A stretch of DNA of 56,548 nt, filler included, from Sphacelaria rigidula (taxonomy: Eukaryota), in assembly GCA_964200075.2 (NCBI GenBank). It is 5 parts of 5 records of this genome, joined end to end, with 100 filler letters (N's around TTAATTAATTAA, not from the genome) between each part and the next. Parts side by side here need not be neighbours in the genome. Positions count along the whole stretch, not along the records: positions 11,331 to 22,560 come from CAXNAA020005201.1; positions 22,661 to 33,890 come from CAXNAA020005202.1; 3 more parts are not named here. One strand, given 5' to 3'. Each line of letters starts with the position of its first letter. Positions within the stretch are counted from its first letter, which is position 1. A program made the position numbers and the translations under genes. Below the pieces are notes generated by a model. That model saw nothing but the letters and a program-made list of their open reading frames with translations, made no database searches and was not told the DNA's origin. Below, piece by piece: positions 11,585-23,479 of the stretch.

Positions 11585-14500
11585 CTCTGTATGACCCCTC
11601 AGATATGCGCACAGGAAGGGGACCACCTCCTTCAATCCCCGCTCGAGCACATCCAAATCCACCTGCAGCGACTCCCGCCCGGTGAGCGGTCGACGCAACG
11701 ATGGGCTATGCCGCCCCGACCCGCCCTCGGACGAACTCCCCGCACCCTCAATATCGTCCTCCCGCCCCCCCCTTATCTCCTCGCCGTTGCTCCCGCTGGC
11801 ACTTCCTTCAAAATTGTCGAAATCAACTTGCATGTCCATCGTCACGCCTCGCCCTTGGAGGAGCGCAGAGGCGGACGGAGGCTGGGGCTGCACCACGCGA
11901 TTCACTAGTGCAGCCTGTTTTTTTTCGCGTGTGTTTAACCATTCGCCAATTGCACATTCCGAGCGCAGACGAATTCGAGTGCTTATACAGAGAGACCTGG
12001 ACCTAATCGTCATGTGCCTAGAGGGGGGACGGGGTGAACGGGGGCGTCCGACCAACTAATAAAGGGAGGGCGTTCCCGGCGGGAAGCGAGCGACGAGCAT
12101 CAATCTTGTTCTTCGCATGTGAAACATGGGAAGAATAGGCAAAACTCAACATTGAGACCTGAACGAGGATCCTGTTTGGTGAAGGTCATTACGCCCATAC
12201 CAGACAGGACGACACGTGCAAGGGTATGTTGGGTAGGGTAAATACCCGGGTATTTACCCTCCCGAATTTTGTGTTGCGATAGTTCGAGTTCCAAACTCTA
12301 CTCCAAGTAGTGGGTAATGTTAGTCACGATCGCATTAGTCCACCAAAAATGTCGGTATCGTTGAGAACGATATCAATAATCCACCCAAATTTTCGGTGGT
12401 CAGAACAAGATATTTTCAAGATGATACCGGGGTGTGGGAAATACTCTATCCAACACACCCTTCGACACTTGCCAAAATTTGCAGTGCTGCCTGGCTGCCC
12501 TTCGCTTCTCGGCCCTGCTCCTTCGTCAGCTTTGCCGCTGATACCAGGGGATCCACCGCCTGCATCCCCGCGCGGCATCAACGAGGCGTGAATGTTGAGG
12601 TCGAACTAGAGATGCAACATTTGAGCAATTTACTATGATGTATCAAAATATCTTGCACAGGGGCAGTCGTAACTGTGTCGCGAATGTCTATTCGTCAATC
12701 TGATCGTCAGCGTTTTTGCTTCGGTCATGCTTTTCCTTGTTCCACAACCGTTCATCATAGCAGTACAACTGCGTAGACCCGCGGTCAGAAGGTACACTAT
12801 TCCCAATCAAATTGTTATTCGCATGAAATAAAATCGAAGTAGAAAAATCCCATCGATCATTTCACCAACAGTAAAAGGCAACCCATGACTTCAGAGGCTG
12901 TACTGCTACGGAATGACTAGTTTGAACAAGAGGAAGTTCATCAATAAAAGAAGAAAAATAAAGAGAGTTAGATATAAGACCCAGCACGGTCGGCAAGTGT
13001 TCGAAAAATGAAAGTTGAACACGGAGAGCGAGATTTGAAGGCATTGTTCATCTCACCTCTGCTGAAAACATGCGTTTCAAAAACGCCGACTCCGGCGAGG
13101 ATTGTGCAATCAGAGCCAGAAGCAGCTGTAATGGCGAAACAAAATGGGGGGGGGCAGGCATCACAGGACAAATCTGGCGTGAAATGGAGAATGACAAAAA
13201 AGGATCCCCAAACGTACGAGTGGCTCTAATCGGAGAGGGAACGAATGCGTGGAGTGAATCACTTATGAGTACCCATCCTGCGATACAAATGGGCACCCGA
13301 GAGGTGGTTCGTACTTTGCCCTTAGACAGCGACCCCCCCCCCCAGGTGGACTGAGGGGTTCAGAACAGCTCTTTTCTCGCTGCACAAAATGCCTCCTTTG
13401 ATATTAATGTCGATGTTGGGCATCAGTAGAGAAAACAGTCCCGGAGAACCCCTGACCGGTTGCAGAGTCAGTATGTGTGCTGTGTGTCTCGCTGGACACA
13501 ACGCCAAGAAACAGTCAGTGTGTCATCACCTCCACTGAACACAACAACCTACTGCATGCTGCTCATGTCTCTGCTAAGTGTTCCACATCAACACTACAAC
13601 AGGGTGAAGCTATGCTGGCAAAACATGAGGGGTCAGGCTGGCGGCACAGACGACGAGTAGAGTATAAAGAACGTTATTTGTGCCCATGTACTCTATGGTT
13701 AAATTGCCATGACCAAAATGAGATATACGGCTAGACAGCGAAGTGGTCCACCCGTCGTCCACCTGTAGGGGAACAAAGTGACTATTTTGATAACCGCGAT
13801 TGGTCAGAATGGTCACTCTGCTCCTCTCGGGCCTCGTTCCTCGCTGAGAATTTTCCGTGGGAAAGTTCCAAGCACACATGGTTGACCTGGCGAGCTTTTC
13901 GACTGTTCTGCGAACAGGCCCCCACCCCCCTGTCGAAAACCATCCCCTCCCCGTCCCCTGTAAACCCCCGGATATTCCGAGACAATTCTCGCTGTCTAAG
14001 GGTTAACGCCAACCATTTATGTCTGGTTTGGACCTCTTTCGAGAAAAATCAAGTACAAGCCTTCAAATTCGCACGACACGCACCTGTCACCCTGAAACAA
14101 ATACTACATGAACGTCGTGCATTCCCAGCCCTCAGCATCATCATCATCATCATCCTCCTCATTGTGCCGCGTGTACCCATAACATACGTCCTCACTCACT
14201 CAATAAAAGCGTTCAACACTCTACATGACTGAAGCCCTTTACTTTTTGCATTACACTTCTCGTCTATTGGATCTATTGATCATATATTGTCCAGGGTGTG
14301 CACTTTTTCGATCGAAAAGTGACGTGGTAAGACACGGCCTTCCTGCAAGCACGAAGCATACGTTCAATTTCCATCTTTAAAAATATGGATCTTACAATGC
14401 GAACACTGAATTCCCCCTCCCCCCCCCACTCATGCAAGATCATGAGTACACCCCCCTCCCGGCGCGTGCGCGCATGCGCCAAGCACACAACACGATGACA

Positions 14501-17500
14501 ACAAACAGCCAGCTCACCTCGGACAAGTGTGTGTGCACATCAGACCTCTCTCCAATATCCTCCTCGCTCTCCTCACCTCCCGTGGCTACATCCTCCTTCC
14601 CCTCCTCCGTTTTCCCGTCTGTTTGTCCCGTTGCAGCCGCCGTCGCCGCTCCCCTATTCCGACCGCTCTCGGCGCTATCGTCGCCAGCACCTGTTGGCGA
14701 AAATTCTCGTAAAAGAGTTTGGAGAATCTCCGGGGCTTCCGACCAATTACACCACTGCGATGGTGACATGAATCCGTCCGCGCCGTCGGGGCCGCGGCCG
14801 TCTCCCATCAACGCCGCCGCATCGATTTCTGACCACGTTGTCGTTCAAACAAGTGATCGGCTGTGAGAGAACCAATTGCTTGCGAGGTTAAAATTCGATA
14901 TTTTGATTAAACATAGACAGGGTACGTGACCATGCATAGCTACATAGCTACATACATGCAAACATTTGCGCTTGTGAGTTTTTTTCAGGGTCTATCTTTG
15001 TTCTTGTTTGTTTTTTATTTCCTCATACCTTATTATAGTTATAGCTAGCCTGTGACCACGGAAGGCGTCCGCATCAGATGCCCGGTACGAGTGCACCGCG
15101 CAGATATCGGAACGGTTTTAAATGTAAAGACGACGACGACAACAACAACAACAACAATAGATACATACACATATATCAAACATGGGATGCAAAAAGTCTG
15201 CACCCTGGGCAATGACAGTATATGGTGAACAGATGCGAAGGCAAGAAGTGTACTGGGTAAAGTATAGACCTAATACAACTATTGTCGGCCGTAAATAGTT
15301 GCAATATGCCTATACTTTATCCAGTACATATTTTGTCCGTTGCATCCTATGACCATATACTGTTCAGGGTGTGAAGATGTCAGTCGTTTACCCGGGGAGA
15401 GATGGGTCGATGATCTCTCGAGGCCACGAACTCATTCCGAGGAAGTGGCGGGGTTGAAGATATGACGACAAAAAAAAATAACAACTACAATAAAAAATAT
15501 CAAATTTGTTCTCATTTTCGAATTGGACCTGAAAAATTGTCCAAAAGGCGTCTTCGACTAGATGTTTTTTCGCACACACGGCAAGTCGTCTTGCCGGACG
15601 GAGATCTCTTCCGAATCTTGTCGATCGAGTGCTTGGAAAAACAATGGCCAAAAGCGTTGATACTTGCGAAATTATAGTTCCCCCAAACGCACGTGCACGT
15701 GCGAGTGCAGTAATCAGTCAGTCATGTTCCAGAGCAGCAGCGCACACCTTGGAGGGCAGCGTGCTTGGGCAACAACAGCAACCTGGCCACTTGCATTACG
15801 CTAAAGTTTCCCAGGTGACGGACCATTTTCCTGAACAGCTCCAGCCCACCGTCATTGAGGAACTTGGTCGTCGCTGCGCACTTGTGCTTCAGCAAGACTG
15901 TCAGAATCTGACAAGCGCAAACCGAACACACGAGAAGAAAAAAGGAAGTGTCCAACTATTCAATCTGCCCGATGTCGACCTCTGGTAAGCTACGGCCGCG
16001 GCGGTGTTTTCACTTTTTCGTGTGTGTGTGTTGTCATCCCGTCTATTCTGGATGTCAGTCTACAACTGTCGGCGTATGTGGACGCATCAGCCGGGGTCAC
16101 ACAGGAGGAAGCCCAACACAGGAGCTTTTTCTTTCTTCTTTTGTTTTAGTACTGCACCTTCCTTCTGCGGTGCTTGCTGCAATTCATGTCGCAAGAAGGG
16201 TTCTGCGCTCCCTTTCCCTCGTCAACCGTTACGTCCAATTCTGTATACCCACGACATGGTCGCTCTCCACCGTTGGGCATGATGTGAGAAAAATCGAAGA
16301 TCGTGTGGCTTCACCGAGATTCGAACCGACCTCACAACCGTCACAAGGTTTCGAGGTTTCCGGCTGGGTCACCGGGGCGACCGGCAATTCGGCCGTTGTT
16401 CATCCCCCGTCGACCGCAGCGTGTTCTTCGATGCGTACAGAACAATCATTCAACTATACACAGAAACTTTGTATTATAGACGCAATATGACCGGCATGGA
16501 TGATTTTGAATGCGCGTCTACGACACACGTGTTGTACACACTATCCCAAGGTTCATCAATGATGATCATCGACAAGCTGTCGCAAAGGGGCCACATGAAA
16601 ACACTCACACTTCCACGGAGGCTACGTCTGTAGCGTACCCGTTGGTCTACGTCGGTGTGTACCGAGTGTGGAGCATGAACACGCTACTTATCACAAGAGA
16701 GTGACATCTCAAGGGAACGGTGGTATTCAACAGGCAAGCTGTGTAGTCGGATCTCTTTGGAAACCAACGCGGATTTTGTGAAGAACAACGGCGTTAAGCG
16801 GTCCCGCGAACCTCGAAACAGGTACTCTCTCCACAGACGTACCTTTTCCAAGTATCCGGCGCGGTGAGCGTCCATATCTCCGTCCTCGTCTAGCATAGAG
16901 AACAACTTGCTCAACGGTGCCGCCGTGCTGTCATTGTCGTTAGCCACGGCGTTCAAGATGTGCGGCACCTCGCAGCAAACGATCTCACAAGACATGTATG
17001 GGAATCTGCAAGAAGGCATGGAATACGACAATACAAACAACGCAACGAGAATTTGTTCGAGAAAGGATACCCGAGCAAGCCGGACGAAGAAACGAAGCGC
17101 CCAACACAATGAAATGCAATCACTAGAGACAGAGCGAGGCTCTCGGACGTGGGCGAGAGGGGGCACGGTCTGTGCAACGCTCTGCATGTGTTGCCCTAAC
17201 GAAACCATCCGACCGCACCAACAGTCCTCAACTGCCACAGCACACGGCAAGCATTTGCCCCGCGCATCGGTTCTGGCAGCAGACCCAAATACATTGCGCA
17301 ACGGATAGTGCGGCACCCCGTCGCTCAATCACAATGGTTGGGATGTATGACTCACGAGCGTCTGACCACTCTTTCACGCGGAATGGCTGTCGTTTGCGAT
17401 CTAGAGAGTGTCAGATGTGCAACATATCCACCGAGCTATCGGTCAGCGATGTATCAGATACACAACATATCCACTGAGCTATCAGCCATGGTATACATCA

Positions 17501-18991
17501 CCAGTCGTCAACAAGATACATGTTCCCGCCTGTAAATCGACGAGCCGCTTGGGGCAGTGCTGATTAGAGGGAAGACAATCCTCGGGTAAACCCAGGTATA
17601 GTCTAACCAGCTGTCGGATTTGGTTGTACTTTTGTTCAATGAACATATCCACTAAGCTATCAGTCATATCCACTGAGTCAGCGAGTCAGCGCTGACTGAT
17701 AGACAAGTGGATACGTTGTTCATCAAACAAAAGTACAACCAATTCCGACAGCTGGTTAGACTGTTGGTCTCCGGGTTTACCCGAGCATTGCCTTCCCTCT
17801 CATCAATCCTGCCCACCAGCTGGTTAGACTATTTGTCGCCGGGTTTTCCCGAGGATTATCTTCCCTCTAATCAGCACCGCCCCAAGCGGCTCGTCGATTT
17901 ACAGGCGGGAACATTTATCTTCTTGACGACTGGTGATATAAACCATGCCTTTCAGGTGTGCATCCCATACTTTTTCTTAGATTGTTCCCTTCTGCAGAAA
18001 AAAGCGTGAACACAGTCGTCGGGGGGACCGAACCCCGGGTGTGCTTATTGTTGGGTGATGACTGTACCCACTGAGCTATCAGTCAGCGCTAACTATTTGC
18101 GCAATGGATATGTTGTATATCTAACATAAAGTGCTTTCTTTTTGGTCAGTAATGTGCAGCTAGATACACCCGATAACTGGATGTGGTACCCTTCCTCATC
18201 ACGTCGTATCGGCGGGTGATGTGTCGAGCCACCTGAGGATATACAGCTTTTGCTGATCTTCCTGAAATCTTCATGAGACATTCACGCTCGCAGTCTGCAC
18301 CAACACCCCGCCCGGGACAGGGGCGACGACAAACCCAAGGGTGTCCCGAGTGTTTTCGGAGAACGCACAATCACTAGGGTACATGCTTATGCGGGTGATG
18401 ATTTCTCAAACGAATACTGAGCATAGGGAAGTTACAAAGAGGGCGTGTTCCAGCACTGTCCCAGTACTGAGAGCTACTACGTATCGAATTGACAGGGGTT
18501 CTTTATAGCACAAATAAAAATAGCGCCAGACTCACTTGAAAACTCGTTCGTCTGACGCTCCCGCCGGAGGTGCCTCGGCGATGTATGCCATCATCTGCCG
18601 CACGCTTTCCTCCTTGCACAGGCTGCACAGAAACGGGAAAGATTGGACGAGTTCGGGTGCGGGGGGTGGGAAAGAGACAGGGCAAGCGTACATGACGGTT
18701 ACGGTGGATATGTTGTATTTTGAGGTCCGGACTCGACACGATGAAAGGATACAGGGTGCCCCTCGAGGTCTGGTAGCACGCGACACTGTAGGGCACGCCA
18801 CGTGACCACAATTCGAATGACCTCGATATATTGAATATCTCAAAATTACGGAGGGCTCAAAAGGGATTAGACGCCCGACTCACAATTCGACCAGCTTCAC
18901 GTTGAGGCTCTTGACCTCTTGCAGCACTTCGTCCTGCGCCAGGATCTCCTCCAGCGTGAAGTCATCCTTGTCCAGGATGTCATTGATGGGG
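11585..18991 (-). CDS. SAPS-domain protein (PP6/Sit4 phosphatase regulatory subunit family), multi-exon and partial
   Basis: Phase-compatible AG/GT exons: 18991-18884 (SPINDILDKDDFTLEEILAQDEVLQEVKSLNVKLVEF), 18622-18536 (LCKEESVRQMMAYI...RVFK), 17005-16843 (FPYMSCEIVCCEV...LSKLFSML...AGYLEK), 15907-15748 (ILTVLL...MVRHLGNFSVMQVARLLL), 14828-14518 (...DVHTHLSE), 13125-13057. Less certain exons: 12605-12473 and 11904-11585. These match the conserved SAPS N-terminus. The start exon is not firmly located and the 3' end is off the contig. Confidence 0.9.
12220..12462. mobile_element. MITE with ~21-bp TIRs and 10-bp TSD (Mutator-like), intronic
   Basis: Left end AAGGGTATGTTGGGTAGGGTA; right end (rc) AAGGGTGTGTTGGATAGAGTA. 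Flanks CGACACGTGC (12210-12219) and CGACACTTGC (12463-12472). Confidence 0.8.
16021..16385 (-). mobile_element. tRNA-derived SINE, near full length, intronic
   Basis: Same family as 468-728. A-box-like head and B box GGTTCGAATC, with a (CA)n tail at 16021-16030. Confidence 0.8.
17487..17947. mobile_element. Foldback/MITE-like long inverted repeat in an intron
   Basis: Arm 17487-17653 is reverse-complementary to 17706-17947. The right arm carries an internal ~70-bp duplication. Ends CATGGTATACATCACCAGTCGTCAA / TTGACGACTGGTGATATAAACCATG. Confidence 0.85.
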
Positions 18992-21900
18992 CTACAAAAG
19001 GGGAGCCACGTTCCGAAACAAACCGAGAGAAACAAGATGCGACAGGAGAGACGAGAAGCAACGCTGGAGTCAGCTGATGCTGTGAGGTGATGATGATGGC
19101 GGTTCGTTGTGGTTTCGGAATTGTGTTACACATTTTTTGATAATCAGAAGTGCTTCGCTGCCCGCCATCCGTCTGGTCGGGTCACGACGGGCTGCAGGCA
19201 CCGTGAGACGGGAAAGGCGTGATGACGGACTGACGATTCACGATTGCAGTGTTTGTGAAGTCTATCCACTTGAACAGTTTTTTATCGCAAATCTAGAGAC
19301 GGCAGTGTGGTATGCAGAGGCGTTTTTGAAACGCTTTAGGTGCTCGCCACTCGTGGCGTGATGAAACAAATCAAGAGGTCGACCGTTGAGGTCGAGGAGG
19401 CAATACCGCGTCCCGTGCACACCAGCAGTTTGAACGAGTGACACGTACGACACGTGGTGAAAATAGATTCGAGATATCGACAGTACACATAGAGCGGTCA
19501 TTCTTCAGACAACGTACGCTGTGCTGGACTACAGTTACGTGCCCCTTACCGGAGAGGAGATGATCATATACGGGGTTTTATGGGAACCTTCGATATTTCG
19601 AACACGGGTCTGAATATACTACAGATGGGAAAATCGAGAAACCTGCAATATCGCGGTCGTCGACATCATGCCCCAGTGCAGCCTTCAAGTGGGGGGAAAA
19701 GGAATACAAGAAACACCGACTGCAAACCTCAAGAGCTGAGCAGAGACAGTACAGTAGACACATTCAACGTGTCCAATTACAATACATGAGTACTGGAAAA
19801 ATACAAGTAACACGCCCGCTTGCATACTTGCGTGGAACCCAAAAGCATCTGCAATTTTGGGCAAAAGCCCATCGCTTCTACAAAGACGGACTTTCAATGG
19901 ACGAGGAACTGCAGCCATGCGATAAAACGAAGAGTCGCCACAAGATAGCGCCCGTCTACGGTCGTCTGTGCACAGTCAATGCAGACTCGTGCCATTTGCC
20001 AAGGCGGGCTGGTCGCTCGTGTGCAACTCACGTGAAACGCAACATAGGAAACTCAAAGTGATCCGGGCGGGCATCATGAAACGACGGGTAAAAACGCATA
20101 TAGTGTACGGTGTGATGGAATGGTTGGTGCCACCACATGACCTTTCAAAAATTCAATCGGCTGGCCGCACCTGGTCTCCCCATATTCCACGCGCGCTCCG
20201 TTGTACTGTACCGTACGAGATAGAGGAACAGCACAGAGAGTGTAACGGCTAACTTTGCTGTGCAGAAACCGTTTGATTGTGGCGATACACGATATCTCCA
20301 CAGTAGTGGCGAATTGAGCGCACCGACAGGTACTGACGTGCCATCATGTGGCCGTTTATTTCCACACGAGTGTGGACAGGGGGGAAGGTAACATAACCCG
20401 ACTTACTCGAGTCCGCGCCTATGCTCCAAGAACGCTGGAAGACAGGGAGGTATGGCCAGGGGGACAAATTCCGCCCGGCGCGATGGAAGCATCTCATTTT
20501 TCAACTTTGATAGATCTAAAATCACGAAAAAAATGAAGCAAAGCACCAATGCGTCAATATGTTGGGACTCGATGTGTGCATGCTCGGCCATAAGATATGG
20601 TTCTCGTGGCGCAAAAAATCTTGACATTGTACATGTTTTGCCACTTGAATCGAAGTTTGTCGCAAAAGTTCGTCGATACGTAAGTGTCCTCTGTTGCTGA
20701 AATCAAAGTACCGCCAGATAATGATTGCGGAATGTCGGGTTAGTTCTGTGGGGCCTCGGAAGCGTTGTCCAACAGCAGGGCACGGCTGGACGTGTGCTGC
20801 GAGGGACCGTATTTCAAGCAGCAACAGGGAGCTTCTTGCGTACACATCAAGTAGATCCAGATATCCATCGATTGCACTGTACTCAAGAGGTGCTCCCAGA
20901 GCAAAACAAGAAGTAACACCTGCCGGATATGGTACGCGGAATAACCTAGTGAGCGATGTTGCGGGTCCAAACCAGAAGGTCAAATGTACTGTGTACTGTG
21001 TAACGCAAGAGTGAACGCCACAGACAGCAGTGCAGAACTTTAAATCAGGGGTGAAAAACGCGAAGGGTACTCTGTACCAGTTGGTTGCACTATGTTGGAG
21101 CTACTTGCGTTTTGCAGCAACCTCGTACAACAACAGCTCACCTGACGAACGCGAAGCCAGCACTGGACCATATCTCTCCACCCCCGCTGATAGAAAATAG
21201 CGACATCTGTAGCTAGTGCACCGCGCCTGAGCTGACTGTGCCGTGTTTCTAAGGACCCCCCCAGACCTGATCCTAGAAGACCAGCTGTAAAACACCCGTT
21301 ATCCTCCTCGTATTTGTTGACTGAAGTGTTTTACAAAACACTTGCTGTGTTGTCTCTGCGGCGCAAGGCTCATCAACCGTCCAGGCCAGTAAGTGCAACG
21401 CGGATGCACTGGATTGCTGACGCCGCTGTAGCACCAGGCTTGTGGTTGCCACACCTGTCGGTTCTTGTTGGCAAGCTTCCAGCAACAAGGTTCGTTGCTG
21501 TGCAATTTTTCGGGGTTTCCAATCATATATTGATGGTGAATTTCACGTACGTCCAACGGGTCTTACTGCATAAGTAAGTGTGACGATCTAAGAAGAAGAT
21601 ATCGGACGTTCGAAATTCGAGTTAACGGTGAATGCTCCGGCTCCTCGAGTACGTTGTCACAATGTCATAGACTTCTCCACCGTCTCCCTCGCACCACTAC
21701 GCGGAAAATTATACGTCTTAATGGTGAACGACCTAAAGAGCAAGGTGACACCTTCACATCGGTCAAATCATGTACACCGCTACGATCAATACATGACAAA
21801 GATTCAAGGGAGTGGTGATATGACTACGGCAGGGCCTTCTACGAATGGGTCCTGGCGCAGTCTACGACCAACTTCGACCACAGTACAGTGACATTTCGGT

Positions 21901-22560
21901 AAAGACGCGTTTCTCTCGCTAGGGAGGTGTGATGATCCCGGGCGGGCTTGCTCGACAACATGTTCTATTTCTACTACAATAGTTAGTATTCGTAGCAACG
22001 ATAATTGTCCCGCATTCGGCCAACACGCGGTCAATTTTCCTTGTTCCCCCACCGTTCACCATTTATTTGTTTAATTGCCCAGAGAACGGTACAATTTACG
22101 CGGACTGCAAACTACTACTAGAAACGCCCCAACGAAAATCATTGAAGCACCACGTGGAAGAAACTACAGTAGTACTGACCACTGTTTCTGGTAGAGTAGT
22201 TTATGCTCTTGGCACATCAAGACGGGATCCTGTGCTGTCTTGGAATTCTTTAGGGCCCTTTCAAACCGCGCATCGAACGAGCACGACAGTAGTACGGTAT
22301 GGAAAGTACAGTAAGCAATAAACCTGGACAACAGCGTTGCCAGCACAGTTCACGGGCACTTGTTTACTACACAGAATCCCGAGGTTTACTCTGCGAACTG
22401 ATCGACAATGTCCTTGGTTTATCCAAGTGTCTGTCGAAAAAAGATTTCGGGATACGTGATCTCCAAAATCGAAATTTTGAGTTTTCGAGGGCGCGCGGGG
22501 GGGGGGGGGGGGGGGGGCACCCGTCGGGCTGCTCGTCGATTGGCCGCGCGGGGGCGAGGG

Positions 22561-22660
22561 NNNNNNNNNNNNNNNNNNNNNNNNNNNNNNNNNNNNNNNN
22601 NNNNTTAATTAATTAANNNNNNNNNNNNNNNNNNNNNNNNNNNNNNNNNNNNNNNNNNNN
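22561..22660. other. Artificial contig linker
   Basis: Same N44-TTAATTAATTAA-N44 structure. Confidence 0.97.
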
Positions 22661-23479
22661 GAGAGGGCTTGGAGGACGAGGTGGCCCCCGATGATGACGA
22701 TGACGACTGTGATACTGGAAGTGATGGCGAATGCAATGATAGTGGTGGTTGCAATAGCAATAGTGATGACGCTGGAGTCTCGAGTTGCAGTGGCGCAGTT
22801 GGAGGGTGAAAGCAAAAAGTTCACATACAGGTCGGGATGCGGACACGAACGTACAGTTCAGGGCGGGGTCGAGATGCTGTCATGTAGCACGATGGGGTGT
22901 TGCAATGGTGTGTATGACGGGACGGTACGAAGCGATATTGAGGTGGGTGTCAACGATTTCTCTTTCGACTGAGACATTGCCGCATCATATATGCTGGAAC
23001 CGGATTGGAAAGCTCGACGGGTATTTGCAGTACGGTTGAGTCGTGAAAAAAAATATTAATGTTGTGCATCGGCCGTCGAAGAAGGAGATTATTCACGCTT
23101 TTTCATGTCCCATTCTTCATGGAAGCTCAATCATCCGCTCGGCACATCACTGCGTTGGCAGTGATATCCCCCCAGCACGTCACTGACGAGCAACTTGACG
23201 CCCGAGATTTCTGTCTGGACGCGAGCCTCGAGACAAACAGGAGCGAGAACATCGTCGACATTCAAACACACGTTGTGATGGTCCGTCGCCCGCAGCTAAC
23301 CAGGGTTGGGCGGCATGTGCAACCACGGACGCACTTCCTACTCCTCCCGAAAATTATACATCAGCAGCGTCGTGTGGTACTCTTGAGGGCTTTTTAAATA
23401 TTCAACGGCTAGGGTCTTCAAACCTCATTTCATTGATGAACCTCATTTTATAGAATCCCCTGTTACTAACGCCACATTC

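Noticed and set aside
18015..18080. tRNA gene (also the heads at ~655-728, 39130-39200 and 55848-55908)
   Set aside because: A/B boxes are present but I could not form a proper cloverleaf or acceptor stem; these are better explained as SINE heads.
21628..21891. Copia-like integrase remnant (GKLYVLMVND)
   Set aside because: A single weak motif with no supporting neighbouring domains.
22661..23460. Acidic coding-like stretch upstream of pol A
   Set aside because: Multiple stops and no assignable motif; left unannotated.
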